A DNA stretch of 64,000 nt from assembly GCF_006345805.1 (NCBI RefSeq), contig NW_021832979.1, forward strand, positions 111-64,110, read 5' to 3'. Below the pieces are notes generated by a model. That model worked only from the letters and a program-made list of their open reading frames with translations. It was not told the origin of the DNA and searched no databases. This document shows, piece by piece, positions 25,861 to 39,988 of the stretch; within the stretch, counting starts at the first letter, position 1; each line of letters opens with the position of its first letter. The DNA is from Octopus sinensis. Lineage: Eukaryota. Position numbers and translations under genes: made by a program.

Positions 25861-26399
25861 ACAGGTAGGGGATTTCTATACAGTTTCTTGGTGGGATGAA
25901 TTGTCCGAGTATAATCAATTGAAATTAATGAGTATTATTCTGTCATTCAACTATTTCGTACTTGGTCTACAGCTAAGTCTCCTGCCACTGGACACGGTTT
26001 GATATATCCATCTTGCGATCTTTTCTTACAGCCTTCTCACCTCAAGTCCGTAGTAGCGGGACTGGGATCTCCGAGTTACGCACCATGTGGAAAAATTTCC
26101 TGTCTCCGAGCTACGTATCATTTGGAAAAACATTACTCCAGAGACCTTTTCGGCTGTTTGTACCTGTAATTTCTGAAGATGTGCGGTCTCGTGATCACAC
26201 ACGATCGCAAGTTTCGATTTGGAGCTCTGGACCGGTCACTGTTTTGTGTTCTTGAGCAAACCAATTCCTTCCATGTCGATCCTGTCTACTCAGTTTGAAA
26301 TGAATAATCCTGCAGCGGACTGGCGTTATGTTTGTGACTTATTCGCCACGTACATCGCGCAAGCGGCACTATGAGCTCTGGGATTCGGGACAATACTTA

Positions 26400-26605
26400 T
26401 GTGCAAAATATTTTTACGGGGCAGAGATACATGCTCTCATTCAAAGGTGGAACATTGCTATTAAGAGACACGGTGACTATGTTGAGAAGTAGGGATGTGA
26501 TCCACAGCGGACCAGCTTCATTTTGATGTATGGTACACGTTCCTGTGCTGGTAATTATTATCTGCCCTAAACAAAATGGCATTACTTTTTTGAATAACCC
26601 TCGTA
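26400..26605 (+). mobile_element. mariner transposon 3' end with terminal inverted repeat
   Basis: FYGAEIHALIQRWNIAIKRHGDYVEK* (stop ~26490-26492), then ..ACTTTTTTGAATAACCCTCG-TA (typical mariner TIR plus TA). No partner TIR was found. Confidence 0.7.
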
Positions 26606-28112
26606 TTTAAACTACATGTTCGACATTTATGCAAGATTCTCATCCTCACTTTCATTTCCTAAATCTAAGTCAACCAGCTTAGGAATTACTGCGCTACGAA
26701 TGACTCTTTCCTTTGCTATTGAAAGCAAATAATTCCAATCTATATCGTATTTGCCATTCTTACAGAAATTTACTTGTCCTTTCACTTCCACAAGCATGTA
26801 TACGCTCGGTATACAATCTCAATTAGAATCCTTCCTTTTAAACCCACACCGACATTACTGCTTCTAAATATAAATCAATTTATTGATAATGTATCTGGTT
26901 ATTACTATTTGATTACCTTACTAAGACACATATAATTTCTATGCACTATCATGCAAAATATCAATTCTAATTTACAACTTTTTTTTCCCTTCCTGCTTGT
27001 CGATAGCAACTTCCCTAATATACTATACAAAGCCATATTAGTGCTCTTTTCATCTGTATTAATATTATCTTATAAACCAAACAGTAATTGTGGAGCAGTT
27101 CAATATCTCCATTGACTATCGACCATGTATATTAACTCTGTTAATACTCACAAATCGATATAATTGTTCTTTCTACCGCAAATAAATGAACACTATCTCG
27201 TAATATTACAGAAATATAGAACACTATAATTAATCTATTAGTACGAATACATAATTATATCCATCTAACTTTAATCATTTATCATAACATACTCGATTTC
27301 AATCTCTATTATTCTCCCCTACCACCACCACCTCTTTTAGTTTATCTACTTTCATTCTCATTCTTTTCGCCCATTTTGTTTTTTCCCTTTTATTTGTTAA
27401 ATGGAAAAATTTTATAAAATTTTTCGTAAAATGTTTTCTTTGTTCCGTAATTTTTTGTTTGGTTTTTGTTTTTACATTATTTGAAATTTAATATAATATT
27501 TTATCATTTGTTTGGGTTATGTATTTTCATTATGGTCTCTTTAAAAATATGCATTGGAATGGCAGAACATATGTATGTATGTATGTATGTATGTCTGTAT
27601 GTATGTATGTATGTATGTATGTATGTATGTATGTATGTATGTATGTATGCATATGTATGTATGTATGTGTGTATGAATGTATGGATGCATGTACGTATGT
27701 ATGCATGTATGTACGTATATGTGTGTGTATGTATGCATGCATCTATTTATGTATGTATGTATTTATGTATGTATATTGATATGTATATATGTACGCACGT
27801 ATGTACGTATGTATGTAGGTTTGTATGTTTGAATGTATGGTTGCATGTATGCATATGTATACATCTATGTGTATGTATATATGTGTATATATATGTATAT
27901 TTATATGTACGCTTGTATGTATGTTTACTTGTATGTATGTAGGTATGTATGTGTACAACATATTCAAATCGAAGCCTTGAAGCTATGTAACTTAGTACCT
28001 TTTTATACGCATAAACACACTTGTGTACAAATGTATTCACTCGTGTATACGTGGAACCCCAGTTTTTTTCAATTAAAATTATGTATGAAACTGCCATTTA
28101 TACACAAGTAAA

Positions 28113-28157
<45 letters not shown>

Positions 28158-28519
28158 CATGTACTAGAATTCAAGTCGTTGCTAAGTAAGCCTACTTCCT
28201 AAACTCAATAAACCATGCGAATATTCCAAGAATCCGATTTCCTGTATGAGAATTTGTTTTGAGGGAATAAAATATCCCGCCAAACTGAACTTACTTCCCA
28301 GTGGAATCAGCTCTAAATCCAGCGGCACAACCAATGTTGAGACAGTCAGAAACCAACTGCATATCAGGTTATTTATTTTTTTGTACGAGTTTACTCTCTC
28401 CTAGAAGGAATTTTTAACGAGAAGTAGGTGTCCTTCACACCCAGTGGCTCCCATGCGAGTTAAACATAGCTGGCAGCCTGATAAATGTTATCACTTTGGG
28501 TCAGAGTATACCTGGTGAC

Positions 28520-29207
28520 AAAATTGGTTAAACCACGGCTTCTAGACGACTTTGGAATCTCCTGCAACTCATCTGAACGGTCACTTTGCTTAAGTTGGGG
28601 AATGCTTTCATAATCCTTGCCTTCAGTTACAAGGAATCTTTTTTGGTCTGTCGCTCAACTGCTCCCACACAAGGTCGTTGCAGTCTGGGGAGTTACGTGG
28701 CTAGATGTCAGGGGTGATGTAGTCGCAGAAATTGTCTGACAACCATGACTGCATTTTCCTGCTTATGTGACATGGGGAAGGGTCCTGTTGCCAGGGTCTT
28801 CTAGCAAGGACTTCTAGCAGCCATCCTCTTTACCCGGGGCAGCATTACCTCCTCGTTGAACTTGATGTAGGCCTTCATCTTGAGTCTGAGACCAGGTGAT
28901 TACTCCAAACACCATGATGTTGATTTAATGTTTGATTTTTATCACTCTTGGTACATATCCTGAGATTGCATTGTCCTCAGATTGACACCCAAACACTCTG
29001 AAATGTTCGTATTGGAGAGTTCGAGCGAATGCCAAGTAGTACGGCATGTCATTTCCAAATTTCTGGCAGAATGAACTGCGTCAGGGCGTTATTTTTCACA
29101 CAGACGGTGCCCGACTGACCCTACAATAGCGTGTAATCAACAAAATCAAAAACAAGCAATGCGCATGTGCGAAATAAAAAATGACAATTTACCCATCGCA
29201 CTCTGTA
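28520..29207 (-). mobile_element. Internally deleted IS630-Tc1-mariner (maT/DD37D-like) transposase remnant
   Basis: Minus frames give INIMVFGVIT, WQQDPSPCHISRKMQSWLSDNFCDYITPDI*PRNSPDCN and CRRFQSRLEAVV. One terminus TA-CAGAGTGCGATGGGTAAATTGTCA at 29182-29207. Confidence 0.7.
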
Positions 29208-29313
29208 TATGTGCGCTTATATACATACACAAAACTCTGTGTGCCTATATATATAATATATATATATAAGTATACATACATACGTGTGTGTATGTATATA
29301 TATATACATACAT

Positions 29314-29356
<43 letters not shown>

Positions 29357-29740
29357 ATGTGTGTGTGTGAGTGTGTGTGTAATATATGTATAGTAAATAC
29401 ATATTTCATTATTATCTATCAACCTATATGCGTGTATATATACGCGAGTACGCATATGGTTTGATAGATAATAATATAATATCAATATTTATAATGTAAT
29501 TACATTAATAACCTATAATGACTCTATATCCCTTCCAGCTATTCACTCTAAATTATAATTCTTGAATCTAAATGATTTTATTTTGAAAATCTTTAATTAT
29601 TACCCGCACTTTCAGGCAGGTAGATGGAGGTAGGATTTAAATATCGGACAAAATATACTTACAGTTTTTCTTCAGGCGCGTTACGTTCTAGGTTCAACTA
29701 TTCTTAAGTCAATTTTTATGTTAATATTTTCCGGTTGATA

Positions 29741-29852
29741 AAGCGGTGAGTTGGCAGAATCATTAGCACGCCGGACGAAATGCTTAGCGGTATTTCGTCT
29801 GCCGCTACGTTCTGAGTTCAAATTCTGCGCTGGTGGACTTTGCCTTTCATCC
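29741..29852 (+). mobile_element. SINE family A 5' half
   Basis: AAGCGGTGAGTTGGCAGAATCATTAGC..CTGAGTTCAAATTC..CCTTTCATCC. Confidence 0.75.
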
Positions 29853-29933
29853 TAAGGTGCCACGCAGTGGGACTGAACACAGAAGCATGTGGCTGGTAAG
29901 CAAGCTTCTTACCACACAGCCACTCCTGCACCT
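29853..29933 (-). mobile_element. SINE family B head (truncated)
   Basis: Reverse complement of AGGTGCAGGAGTGGCTGTGTGGTAAG..CAGTCCCACTGCGTGGCACC. Confidence 0.75.
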
Positions 29934-29960
29934 ATATATATATATATATATATACACACA

Positions 29961-30005
<45 letters not shown>

Positions 30006-30062
30006 TATATACATAAATATATATTACATTTATACAGACATATATATTTTTACATATACATA

Positions 30063-30093
<31 letters not shown>

Positions 30094-30099
<6 letters not shown>

Positions 30100-30394
30100 A
30101 TCACGTGACCGACCAGACCATCAGATGTAGTTAAACATCGCTGGTCACAATGCGTTCACATTGTTTTAGCCTTCGAATGACGCCACCCCGCTGGCTAAGC
30201 GAGCAGGCCGACAGAAGAAAGAATGGGAGAAAGAGTGGTGAAAGAGTACAGCAGGGATCACCACCCCCTGCCGGAGCCTCATGGAGCTTTTAGGTGTTTT
30301 CGCTCAATAAACACTCACAACGCCCGGTCTGGGAATCGAAACCGCGATCCTGCACCGCGAGTCCGCTGCCCTAACCACTAGGCCATTGCGCCTC

Positions 30395-30396
<2 letters not shown>
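30094..30396 (-). mobile_element. tRNA(Arg)-like SINE (family C)
   Basis: Head TGGAGGCGCAATGGCCTAGTGGTTAGGGCAGCGGACTCGCGG..GGTTTCGATTCCC. Related head at 61100-61467. Confidence 0.75.
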
Positions 30397-30436
<40 letters not shown>

Positions 30437-30994
30437 GTAGATATTTCGTCCTCGTATAGGGATATTTATCCAAGATACACTGGTTTAATGCATTAACTTT
30501 TGAAGAGATAGTTCTTCGATGAATATATTATATAGAATATCATACGATATCAAACAGTTTTATCGAGTTAGAAAGCAGAGAGATCAAATGGATACAAATT
30601 AATTTTTTTAATTAATCAACATATTAACCAACAATTGTTTCATCTCACAAATAAGATTAAAATTATAAATCATATATAAATATATAATTTTGCATTTTAA
30701 ATATCCTATAAGGAAAACCATCAGGGCATTCCGAGATTGATAATGTTTACATTAGGATGCTTTCAGAATGTACAGAATGGATACACTGAAGCCGATGTAA
30801 TCGACCCCAGTACACAACTGGTATTTAATTTATCGACCCCGAAAGATGAAAGATGCACATGTTGATAAATAGAATGATGCATATATGTAAATATGGTTTT
30901 GCTGTAATGTATGTTTATAAATGTATATTTATGAGAATATATATGCATATCTATACATCTTTAAATGTATGTTTTGTGTCTGTGTCTAACTTTT

Positions 30995-31046
30995 TTCTCT
31001 CTTCCAGTCTGTTTATCTATCTATCAATCAATCAATCAATCAATCA

Positions 31047-31132
<86 letters not shown>

Positions 31133-31135
31133 AGA
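30995..31135. repeat. (TCAA)n/(TCTA)n tetranucleotide tract
   Basis: Directly visible. Confidence 0.9.
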
Positions 31136-31268
31136 TGCTTGTATGTATGTATTTATCTATCTATCCGTCCATCAATTCATCTATCTATCTCTTTCTTTCT
31201 TCCTCTCTTCCACTTTTCTCTCCATGTGTGCGTAATATATATATATATATATATATATATATCTATAT

Positions 31269-31321
<53 letters not shown>

Positions 31322-31992
31322 TATATATATGTAGAGAGAGAGAGAGAGACGTACATAGATATAGACACACAGAGAACAGAGCATACACTTCTAAACATAC
31401 ACATGCATACACACTTTTATTTATTCGTCTATGGCAAGTCGCATTCGTGTACAACTTGCCAACCCATATTTTCACATGGTAGAAAAAGTCAGTACAAAAT
31501 TTTATAATCGAAATATTACATGGAAGATCAAACGACGTTGGTGAAGAATCTTTTGAAATTACGTTACATGTCTACCATTATCAATGAAGCTTCACAATTA
31601 AATGAGTCGCCATTTTGAACACAGTTATTAACAAAATAAATTACAAACATAATTAGTGAATATCCTAGCTGCCACATACATAATACATGACTGCAAAGTA
31701 TATTAAAATATCAAAGAAATCATTAGAGTAAATTTAATATAAAAAATGTCATCAAAGCAGATTTAAGGTTAAGCGCAATTTTGCTGTCTGCATCTCTCAC
31801 CGTTATATCTGTCAATATTCTTTGTTTAACTCATTACCTGGTACACCCCTCCCAGTATACCTCTCTGTATCAATTTATCTTTTAGTCTAAAATGTGTACA
31901 GACAGTTAGCGATTTAAAAAGAACTAGACTTAGAATTACGTTTCCAGGCTCCGTTTTCATACATTCAGAAGGAACATATCGCTGTCGGTGGA

Positions 31993-32043
<51 letters not shown>

Positions 32044-32934
32044 ATGTATGTATGTATGTATGTGTGTATGTATGTATGTATGTATGTATGTATGTATGTA
32101 TATATGTTTGTCATTATTCAGTTTTATTTCAAGGTTTCTTGCCAATAGAGAAAGTGCCAGTTTCTAACCTAGATCTTTCATTGGAATTTCACGTACGTAT
32201 GTATGTAGGTAGGTATATATGTAGCTAGGTAAGTATGTTTGTAGTAGGTATATATGTAGATTGGTAGGTAGGTAGGTAGGTAGGTAGGTAGGTAGGTAGA
32301 TAGGTAGGTAGATAGGTAGGTAGGTACGTAGATAAATTTTTCTTGTTTCAGGTATAAGACTACAGCCCTGCTGGGGCCTCCTCTCGAAATTTTTTAGTCG
32401 AATAAATCGATCCCCTTATTGAGAGAAAAGGGGTACCAAGAGATAAAGAGACAGGAATGGGAGAGAAATAGAAAGAGTGAGAGAGAGGGATAGAGAGAGA
32501 GAGAGACAAAGAATGAGCCCAGGTAAGGGAGAGAGAGAACATAGAACAATGCCTGCGCAGATATTAATAGAGATCAAAATGAAAGAAGTGTGTCTGTGTA
32601 CGTGTGCATGTGTGTATATGTGTGCATACTTCTGTGTTTGTGTGGGCGTGGAGGGTATTTTTGCGTTTCACGACTTCGTCTGTTGAGAGTGTAACTCAAT
32701 AGATATACACACTGACACAGAAAGTTACGATTTAAATTTATCCTCTAGGAAGAAGTTGGGAGCTATTCGTGTGTGAGGTGTAATATTGTTTTCCATACAT
32801 CTCTGGAAATGTTAAGCAAAGTGTCTTTTCGTGGGGTCAGAAGGGATATGATGTAATGTACCCTGGTATTTATTATTATATGACAATTATCGTAAGTGCA
32901 TAGTTTGCATTGGCGTGTACCATTTATGTAAACT

Positions 32935-34290
32935 CTTAGCTCTTAGATCCTCGAGAGCTGTGATCAAAACGTGCAACGAGCCTTCTCCAGACGTCTCGAT
33001 TGCTCGCCTCATTCCTGGTTCCACTCGAACCAAATTCCATTGGTATCATGCCATCCCGTAACGAACTGCGCCACGTCTAACTTCCTCTCTTCCTCGATCT
33101 ATGTCCTCTTCTCGGTGTCTACTCCATCACGATGACAACATGTCAGGCCCGCACTGATCGGAGCACATGACCTGTGAACCGTATCCGACATTCAGTCGCC
33201 ATGTCCAGTAAACTTCCTATGCAGGTTTTTCTCTTCATCTCGTCGTTTCTCACTATCTCCCAGTATGAGACGCTCAACATTGAACTCATGAACACAAATG
33301 ATGACATACGTCGCGGAATCGATAAATTTTCGCTATTCTTTCAAGCTTCGCATGCGTAGGTGGCTTTTAGTGTAATAAGGTAAAAAGAGTAAAGACCCCC
33401 TTTGGTCATGAATGACCATGGAATTGCATCTAGAATGTTACCCTTCGAGTCACAAGTGCTGGCAGCGTTGTTTGTCGAAGACCACCTGTCACTCATGCAT
33501 TGGTCTCTCCTCTCAACACCACCGATGTTATCCAAGGGGAAGGCAAAGCTTGTCACCATTGATATCGGAACTAATTTCTACAACTGAGTGAACTGGAACA
33601 ACGTGAAATAAAGTGTCTTGCTCAAGAACACAACACAGCCCGGTTCGGAAATCTAACTCACTGCTTCATGATTGTGAGCGCGACGCTCTAACCACTGAGC
33701 CATGCGCCTTCACATGACGAGTATACCTGCAGTTTCGTATTTCTCTTGATGGTCTTTGATCTCCATACTGGGTGAAATCTTTGGAATATCAACATTGCCT
33801 CATCTATCTTGGCTTGGACTTCAAATTCTGCATCCTCGTCCTTGGAAGTGCAGCTTCTAAGACATGTAAACTTATCGACATCGTCAATGTCGTATTGTCT
33901 GAGATTGACAAATTATGTTCGGGCTCCAGGTTTTGACATGGTATTGTTTTCTTTTTCCTTTCTGTTTTGCCTTCAGCGCTAATCCCGCAGAAATGCTTTC
34001 GCCACAAAACTATTTAAGCTATCTGTCATGGCCTGAAGATTCTGTCTTTCAGATCTTACTAACGCCTATTTCGTATGCGAGATCTAAATTTGTCAGTTTG
34101 GCCGGTCCCAAGTTATTCCGAAATTGTTGCTATTCAATGCTTTCCGCATAATAAGATCAATCACTATCAAGAACAGAAACGGCAACAAGAGGCAACCCTG
34201 TCTCAGCCCGGATACAATTTCTAACGTATTTGCGATTCAGCTGCTCGTCTTCATGTAATGCTGCGAGTTCTTATAAAGAAACTTAATGAT
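32935..34290 (-). mobile_element. Degraded RTE-clade LINE (RT C-terminal half to 3' end), interrupted by a SINE
   Basis: Minus frames give IVSGLRQGCLLLPFLFLIVIDLIMRK..LDLAYEI; DDVDKFTCL..FHPVWRSKTIKRNTKLQVY; TYACEA; RIRFTGHVLR; NRDVWRRLVA. Short tandem tail CTAAGAGCTAAGAG. Confidence 0.8.
33370..33713 (-). mobile_element. tRNA-derived SINE family D nested in the RTE
   Basis: Head GTGAAGGCGCATGGCTCAGTGGTTAGAGCG. The body matches 10797-11124 and splits the RTE frame between KLQVYSSC and TYACEA. Confidence 0.75.
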
Positions 34291-34598
34291 GTTCATACAT
34301 CGTCAGGGTATTGGTATTTTTTTTTTAATAATGATTCATGATAGACTGTTGGTGAGTGATGAATTGGTTTTAAAGCAGCTATAGGCAGCTTTTAATGGAA
34401 CCCAGCATTAAATGTGTTAACATGTTAACACTAAGTACACAACATATATTCTATTATACATTTATGCATGTTCGTCAAAAATATGTACGCATATAAATAT
34501 ATATATATATGTATATCATAAAAACACGTCTGAGTATGTATATATATATATATATGAGTGTATATGTATGTTTATATCTGTGTATATATACATATGTA

Positions 34599-34649
<51 letters not shown>

Positions 34650-34674
34650 CTATATATATTATATATATATATAT

Positions 34675-34741
<67 letters not shown>

Positions 34742-34889
34742 CATATATATGTATATATATATGTAGATATACATTCGTATATACATTAGTGAATGAACCA
34801 ACATATTTGTTTACATATTATTGCCAGTGAATAATTTCAGATCAATAACTTGGTTGGATTTATCACCAGATGAAAAAAAAAACAAGCCG

Positions 34890-34929
34890 TCGTCGTCGTC
34901 GCCATCATCATCATCATCATCATCATCAT

Positions 34930-34975
<46 letters not shown>

Positions 34976-34990
34976 CCATCATCATCACCA
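34890..34990. repeat. (CAT)n tract
   Basis: Directly visible. Confidence 0.9.
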
Positions 34991-35169
34991 CTATATTTAT
35001 TATAAGCACCAACGTAAAGACACAAGAGCAAGCAAAAAATATAGTAGCTTATCAATATGTGTTTAAGTATGTATGTATGTGTGCGTGTAATATATATATA
35101 ATATATATATATATATCTATATATATATAATATATATATATATAAATACATACATAATATACACACACA

Positions 35170-35233
<64 letters not shown>

Positions 35234-35473
35234 TATACATATATGCATATTTATATACATCTATATATATATATACATATACATACATACATATATATGT
35301 ATATATATACACACACAGATGGAGAGAGAGGAGAGATGTGTTTTTCTATACATACATACGGACATATATGTCTCTCTTTCTCCCTCTCTTTCTCTCCCTA
35401 TATATATACATATTTACATATACATACGTGTATATATATATATATATATATATTATATTATATACATTTACTT

Positions 35474-35523
<50 letters not shown>

Positions 35524-36206
35524 TTATTTATATCAATACACACACACCACACCATACATGTATATACTCTCCAGACATTTTGTATCATTCCTTATCATAG
35601 TCATTTGATATATTTTTTCTTCTCTATTCCTTCTATCTCTCCAACATTTCCCTCTTCATTTATTTTATTTAATTTTTTTCAAAAAATACAATTTACAGAC
35701 TTTTACTTGAAGTCTTTTTCTGTTTGTTCTTCAATTTTTCTTTATGTTGTTCTTTCATTTTTCTTCAACTCTTTCCGTCTTCTTTCTCCACCCTCTCCCA
35801 TCCTGGTACGTCTTTTTTGAAAGTCTTTTTTATTAATTTATTATTTTTTTGATTTTTTGATTTTATATTTCTTTGATAATTTCTTTTGTAATTTTAAATA
35901 TCTTTCATTGTATTTATTCTTTCGTGTCATAGTTTTGTTTCTCTTATCGTTCTTTTCGTTTATACTGAAGTTATCTACAACTTGAAACGTCAGACAAATG
36001 ATAGCGTTCGTGTGAAAGGACTTGAATGTTTACACGGTCGCCAGATAAGCTAGATATGATAGCCAAATATACCTCAAATCAAGCGTATCGAATAAAACAA
36101 AGACAAATATCATTGATTCAGCTAGCACGACAGTATTTATATAATCAATTGTCCTGTATGAAATAGCAGCTAATTCGTCTTCAAGTTCTACTTAACTGCA
36201 TTCGTT

Positions 36207-36765
36207 TCTACTCTAGGCACAAGGCCTGAAATTTTGGGGGAAGGGGCCAGTCCATTAGATCGATACCAGTACGTAACTGGTACTTAATTTATCGACCCCG
36301 AAACGATGAAAGGCAAAGTGGACCTCGGTGGAATTTGAACTCAGACGAAATACCTATTTCTTTACTGCCCACAAAGGGCTAAACACAGAGGGAACAAACA
36401 AGGACAGACAAATGGATTAAGTCAATTTTATCGACCCCAGTGCGTCACTGGTACTTAATTTATCGACCCCCCTAAAGGATGAAAGGCAAAGTCGACCTCG
36501 GCGGAATTTGAACTCAGAACGTAGCGACATGCGAAATACCTATTTCTTTACTGCTCACAATGGGCTAAACACAGAGAGGACAAACAAGGACAGACAAACT
36601 AATTATATCGACCTCAGTGCGTAACTGGTACTTAATTTATCGACCCCCTAAAGGATGAAAGGCAAAGTCGACCTCAGCGGAATTTGAACTCAGAACGTAG
36701 CGGCAGACGAAATAACGCTAAGCATTTCGCCCAGCGTGCTAACATTTCTGCCAGCTCACCGCCTT
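36207..36765 (-). mobile_element. SINE family A, trimeric form (head + 2 internal modules + terminal module)
   Basis: ATCGACCCC..GATGAAAGGCAAAG at ~36291, ~36462 and ~36640. Head CCAGCTCACCGCC at ~36751-36763, tail TCTACTCTAGGCACAAGGCC at ~36207. Confidence 0.85.
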
Positions 36766-36894
36766 CCTACGTAACTGTAATAAGTAAGGAATAATTCACT
36801 GAACAAAGGTGTGAGCTTCAGCATCGCGTGTTCTCTTTCTAGAAATAGTAGCTACATATACCACTTAGTGGTATATGGGCCTCAGCAATATTGA

Positions 36895-37184
36895 TGGGAG
36901 TCTCTCGTAGTGCGCGAAAGACTGTCCTGCAATCGTTTCCTGATCAACCATCACAAATGGCCAAATGTTTGTACAGTACATAATAAGCTCACTTTTTCCT
37001 TATAATCGACGTTGCCTAAACGGGGGCACAATGTGCCACGCGTCAGGTGTTAAAGGAATCGCTGAGTAACGAGAAGAGGAAGTGTTTTGCTGAAGAGTAC
37101 AACGCATCACCCAGACCAGAAACTGAAACCACGATATCGCCATCTTCATTGCAACACCGTAACTATTAAGCCATGCGCCCTCAC
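36895..37184 (-). mobile_element. Diverged tRNA-derived SINE
   Basis: Head GTGAGGGCGCATGGCTTAATAGTTACGGTG..TCAGCAAAACACTT. Confidence 0.55.
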
Positions 37185-37653
37185 AATGGACTTCAATACT
37201 TAACTGGTAGTCCTCATCCGTTTTAACATCACCAACTTTCATTTTGGATACATTTAGCGGATACCTTAAAGCATAAATTTGCTAGATAAGAGCGGACCTA
37301 AGGATAAATATCCATTTCAGGTTTTCTCACAAGTCCATCAATTTTTGGGGTTGGAAGCTACTCAATTTCATCGACGCCAGTACTTAACGGTTATTCTATC
37401 GACCCTTTCGGGATCTACCTCAGCGGAATTTGAACTCATAGTCAGAGCGAAATTTGAATTTGGAACGTAAAGACGGACGAAATGCAGTAAGCCATTTTGT
37501 CCGGTGGGCTAAAGAGTACTAGGCTTACGAAGAATAAGTCCAGGGGTCGATTTTCTCGACTAAAAGCGGTGCTGCAACATGGCCGCACTCAAATGACTGA
37601 AACAAACAAAAGAATAAAAGAATGCATTTGACTTTATATAAATATATAATATA

Positions 37654-37745
<92 letters not shown>

Positions 37746-37750
<5 letters not shown>

Positions 37751-38509
37751 TATATATAAGGGCTTAGTAAAATAAATTACTTTGCCACATACTGAACTCA
37801 TTAGAAATAGCAGCTAAAGAAATTTCTTCAGCTATTTCTAATACTTAAAGAAGATCTCTCTCAGATAGTGTTTGCCTAAACTAACTCACAAAAGTATGGG
37901 GGAAAAAACATTAAAAAATCAAGTGCAAAGGTTTTTTGAGAACGTACGTTTCTAGATTAGTCAATTCGACATTTCTTTCTTCAGCTCAGAATTCCTTGAA
38001 TCGGATTTGGGAACACTGAAAGTCGGGAGCATACCCTTTCGGCTTCTAATCACCTCTAGAATTCTGCTCGAACTAAAAGTGCTATCAAATTCGAATATGC
38101 AAGCGAAGAATTTCTGCTCTCCCCTTTCCACCAGCGTGGGTTAAAATTGACAAACACCATGTATTAACGGTGAAAACCGCAGCATTAGCAGAGAAAGATG
38201 AATTATAATTTCAACAATTGAGGGTAAAATTAATTAATTATTAATCAATTTCACCAAGTATTCAGTATGTGAAGGGACCATTATAGGCGAATTCAAATAT
38301 TACATTATATATAAGGGCTTAGTAAAATAAATTACTTTGCCACATACTGAACTCATTAGAAATAGCAGCTAAAGAAATTTCTTCAGCTATTTCTAATACT
38401 TAAAGAAGATCTCTCTCAGATAGTGTTTGCCTAAACTAACTCACAAAAGTATGGGGGAAAAAACATTAAAAAATCAAGTGCAAAGGTTATTTGAGAACGT
38501 ACGTTTCTA
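37746..38509 (-). mobile_element. Non-coding HHR-bearing tandem element (retrozyme-like), 555-nt monomer x ~1.4, in (TA)n
   Basis: AAGGGCTTAGTAAAAT at 37758 and 38313, and TGAGAACGTACGTTTC at 37937 and 38492. Both give a 555-nt period, with near-identical repeats and no ORF. Confidence 0.8.
37937..37988 (-). ncRNA. Type I hammerhead ribozyme
   Basis: Minus strand TGAG-CTGAAGA-A-AGA..GTC-GAATT-GAC..TCT-A-GAAAC-GTAC-GTT^CTCA. Stem III is the palindrome AACGTACGTT. Confidence 0.72.
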
Positions 38510-39215
38510 TATATATATATACACACACACATACATGTGTGTGTCTGTGGGTATGTATTGTCCGTGCATGTGTATGTGTGTATGTGTGTGCGTGTTACTG
38601 TATCTGTGTTTGTTACCACCACTGCTTGAGAACTTGCAAAGGAGTGCTTATATGTCCGCAACTTAGTGGTTCGGCAAAAAGACCCGATGAAAGAAGAACC
38701 CGGCTAAAATCTTGGGTCATTTCAATCAATTAAAAATTCTTGAAACCAGTACCCCAGCTTGGCCGCAGAACGAAACGATAGAAAAGACGAAAAGTCAACA
38801 TAGACGGCTATATATATGCCTCTGCCATGTCGACTGTATGTGCCTCACCGCGCATGTCTCCCTCACAGCAACTATGCTCCGTTTATCACTGTATCGCTTT
38901 CTCAGCCACGGCTTTTCTAACGCCGCCTTTCAACCACTGTTTGTTTCTTTTTGTCGCTCACTCATACTCTTTCTCCTTCTCTCTCTCTCTCTTGCTGTTT
39001 CCCTCACTCTTTCGCGCTTTCTTTATCACTCACACTAACACGCTACCCTCTCTCTTTCCGCACCTCTCACGCTTTTACACATCATTATACCGCGGTGTCG
39101 CTGCTTGATCCTAAATCAATGATACCACGATATGGACACTGATTTCTCATGTAGTATTATATTATACGTATGTGTGTGTGTATACATGTACATGTATATA
39201 TATATATATAATATA

Positions 39216-39260
<45 letters not shown>

Positions 39261-39948
39261 AATATATATATATATATATATGGTTATAGAATTAAACACA
39301 CACACATATATATATATGCATGTATGTGTATGTATGTATGTATGTATGTATGTGTGTGTGTTTGGTAGTTGTGAAAGGGTTCTTCGATGGCTATAAATAT
39401 CAGATCAATAAAACAGTGCTCTGCTAACTTTTTTTGTTTTGTTTTATTACTTTCTTTTGTTTATCGATTTACCTGATCACGACGAAACCTATAGCCGTTC
39501 CATATAGCGTTGACTTTCTCTTTCTCTCCCTCTCCTCCTCACTCTCTCTATATACATATACACATATATACATATACACATATCTATTCTTATATATATA
39601 TATGTATATATACACACAAACATGCAACCCTGTATATATATAATATATATATATATATATATGAATATATATACACACATAATTATATATATATATTATA
39701 TATATATAAAAAAAATATATATATATATAATATATATAATATATATATATATTATATATATATATGAATATATATAATATATATAATATATATATATATA
39801 TTATATATATTATATATATATATATAAATTATATATTATTTTTTATATATATATAAATATATTTAAATATATATATAAACACACACACACGCACATACGT
39901 GCATTGTGCGCATATGTATCGGCGTGTGCGTATAAGTGGGCGTGCCTG

Positions 39949-39988
<40 letters not shown>

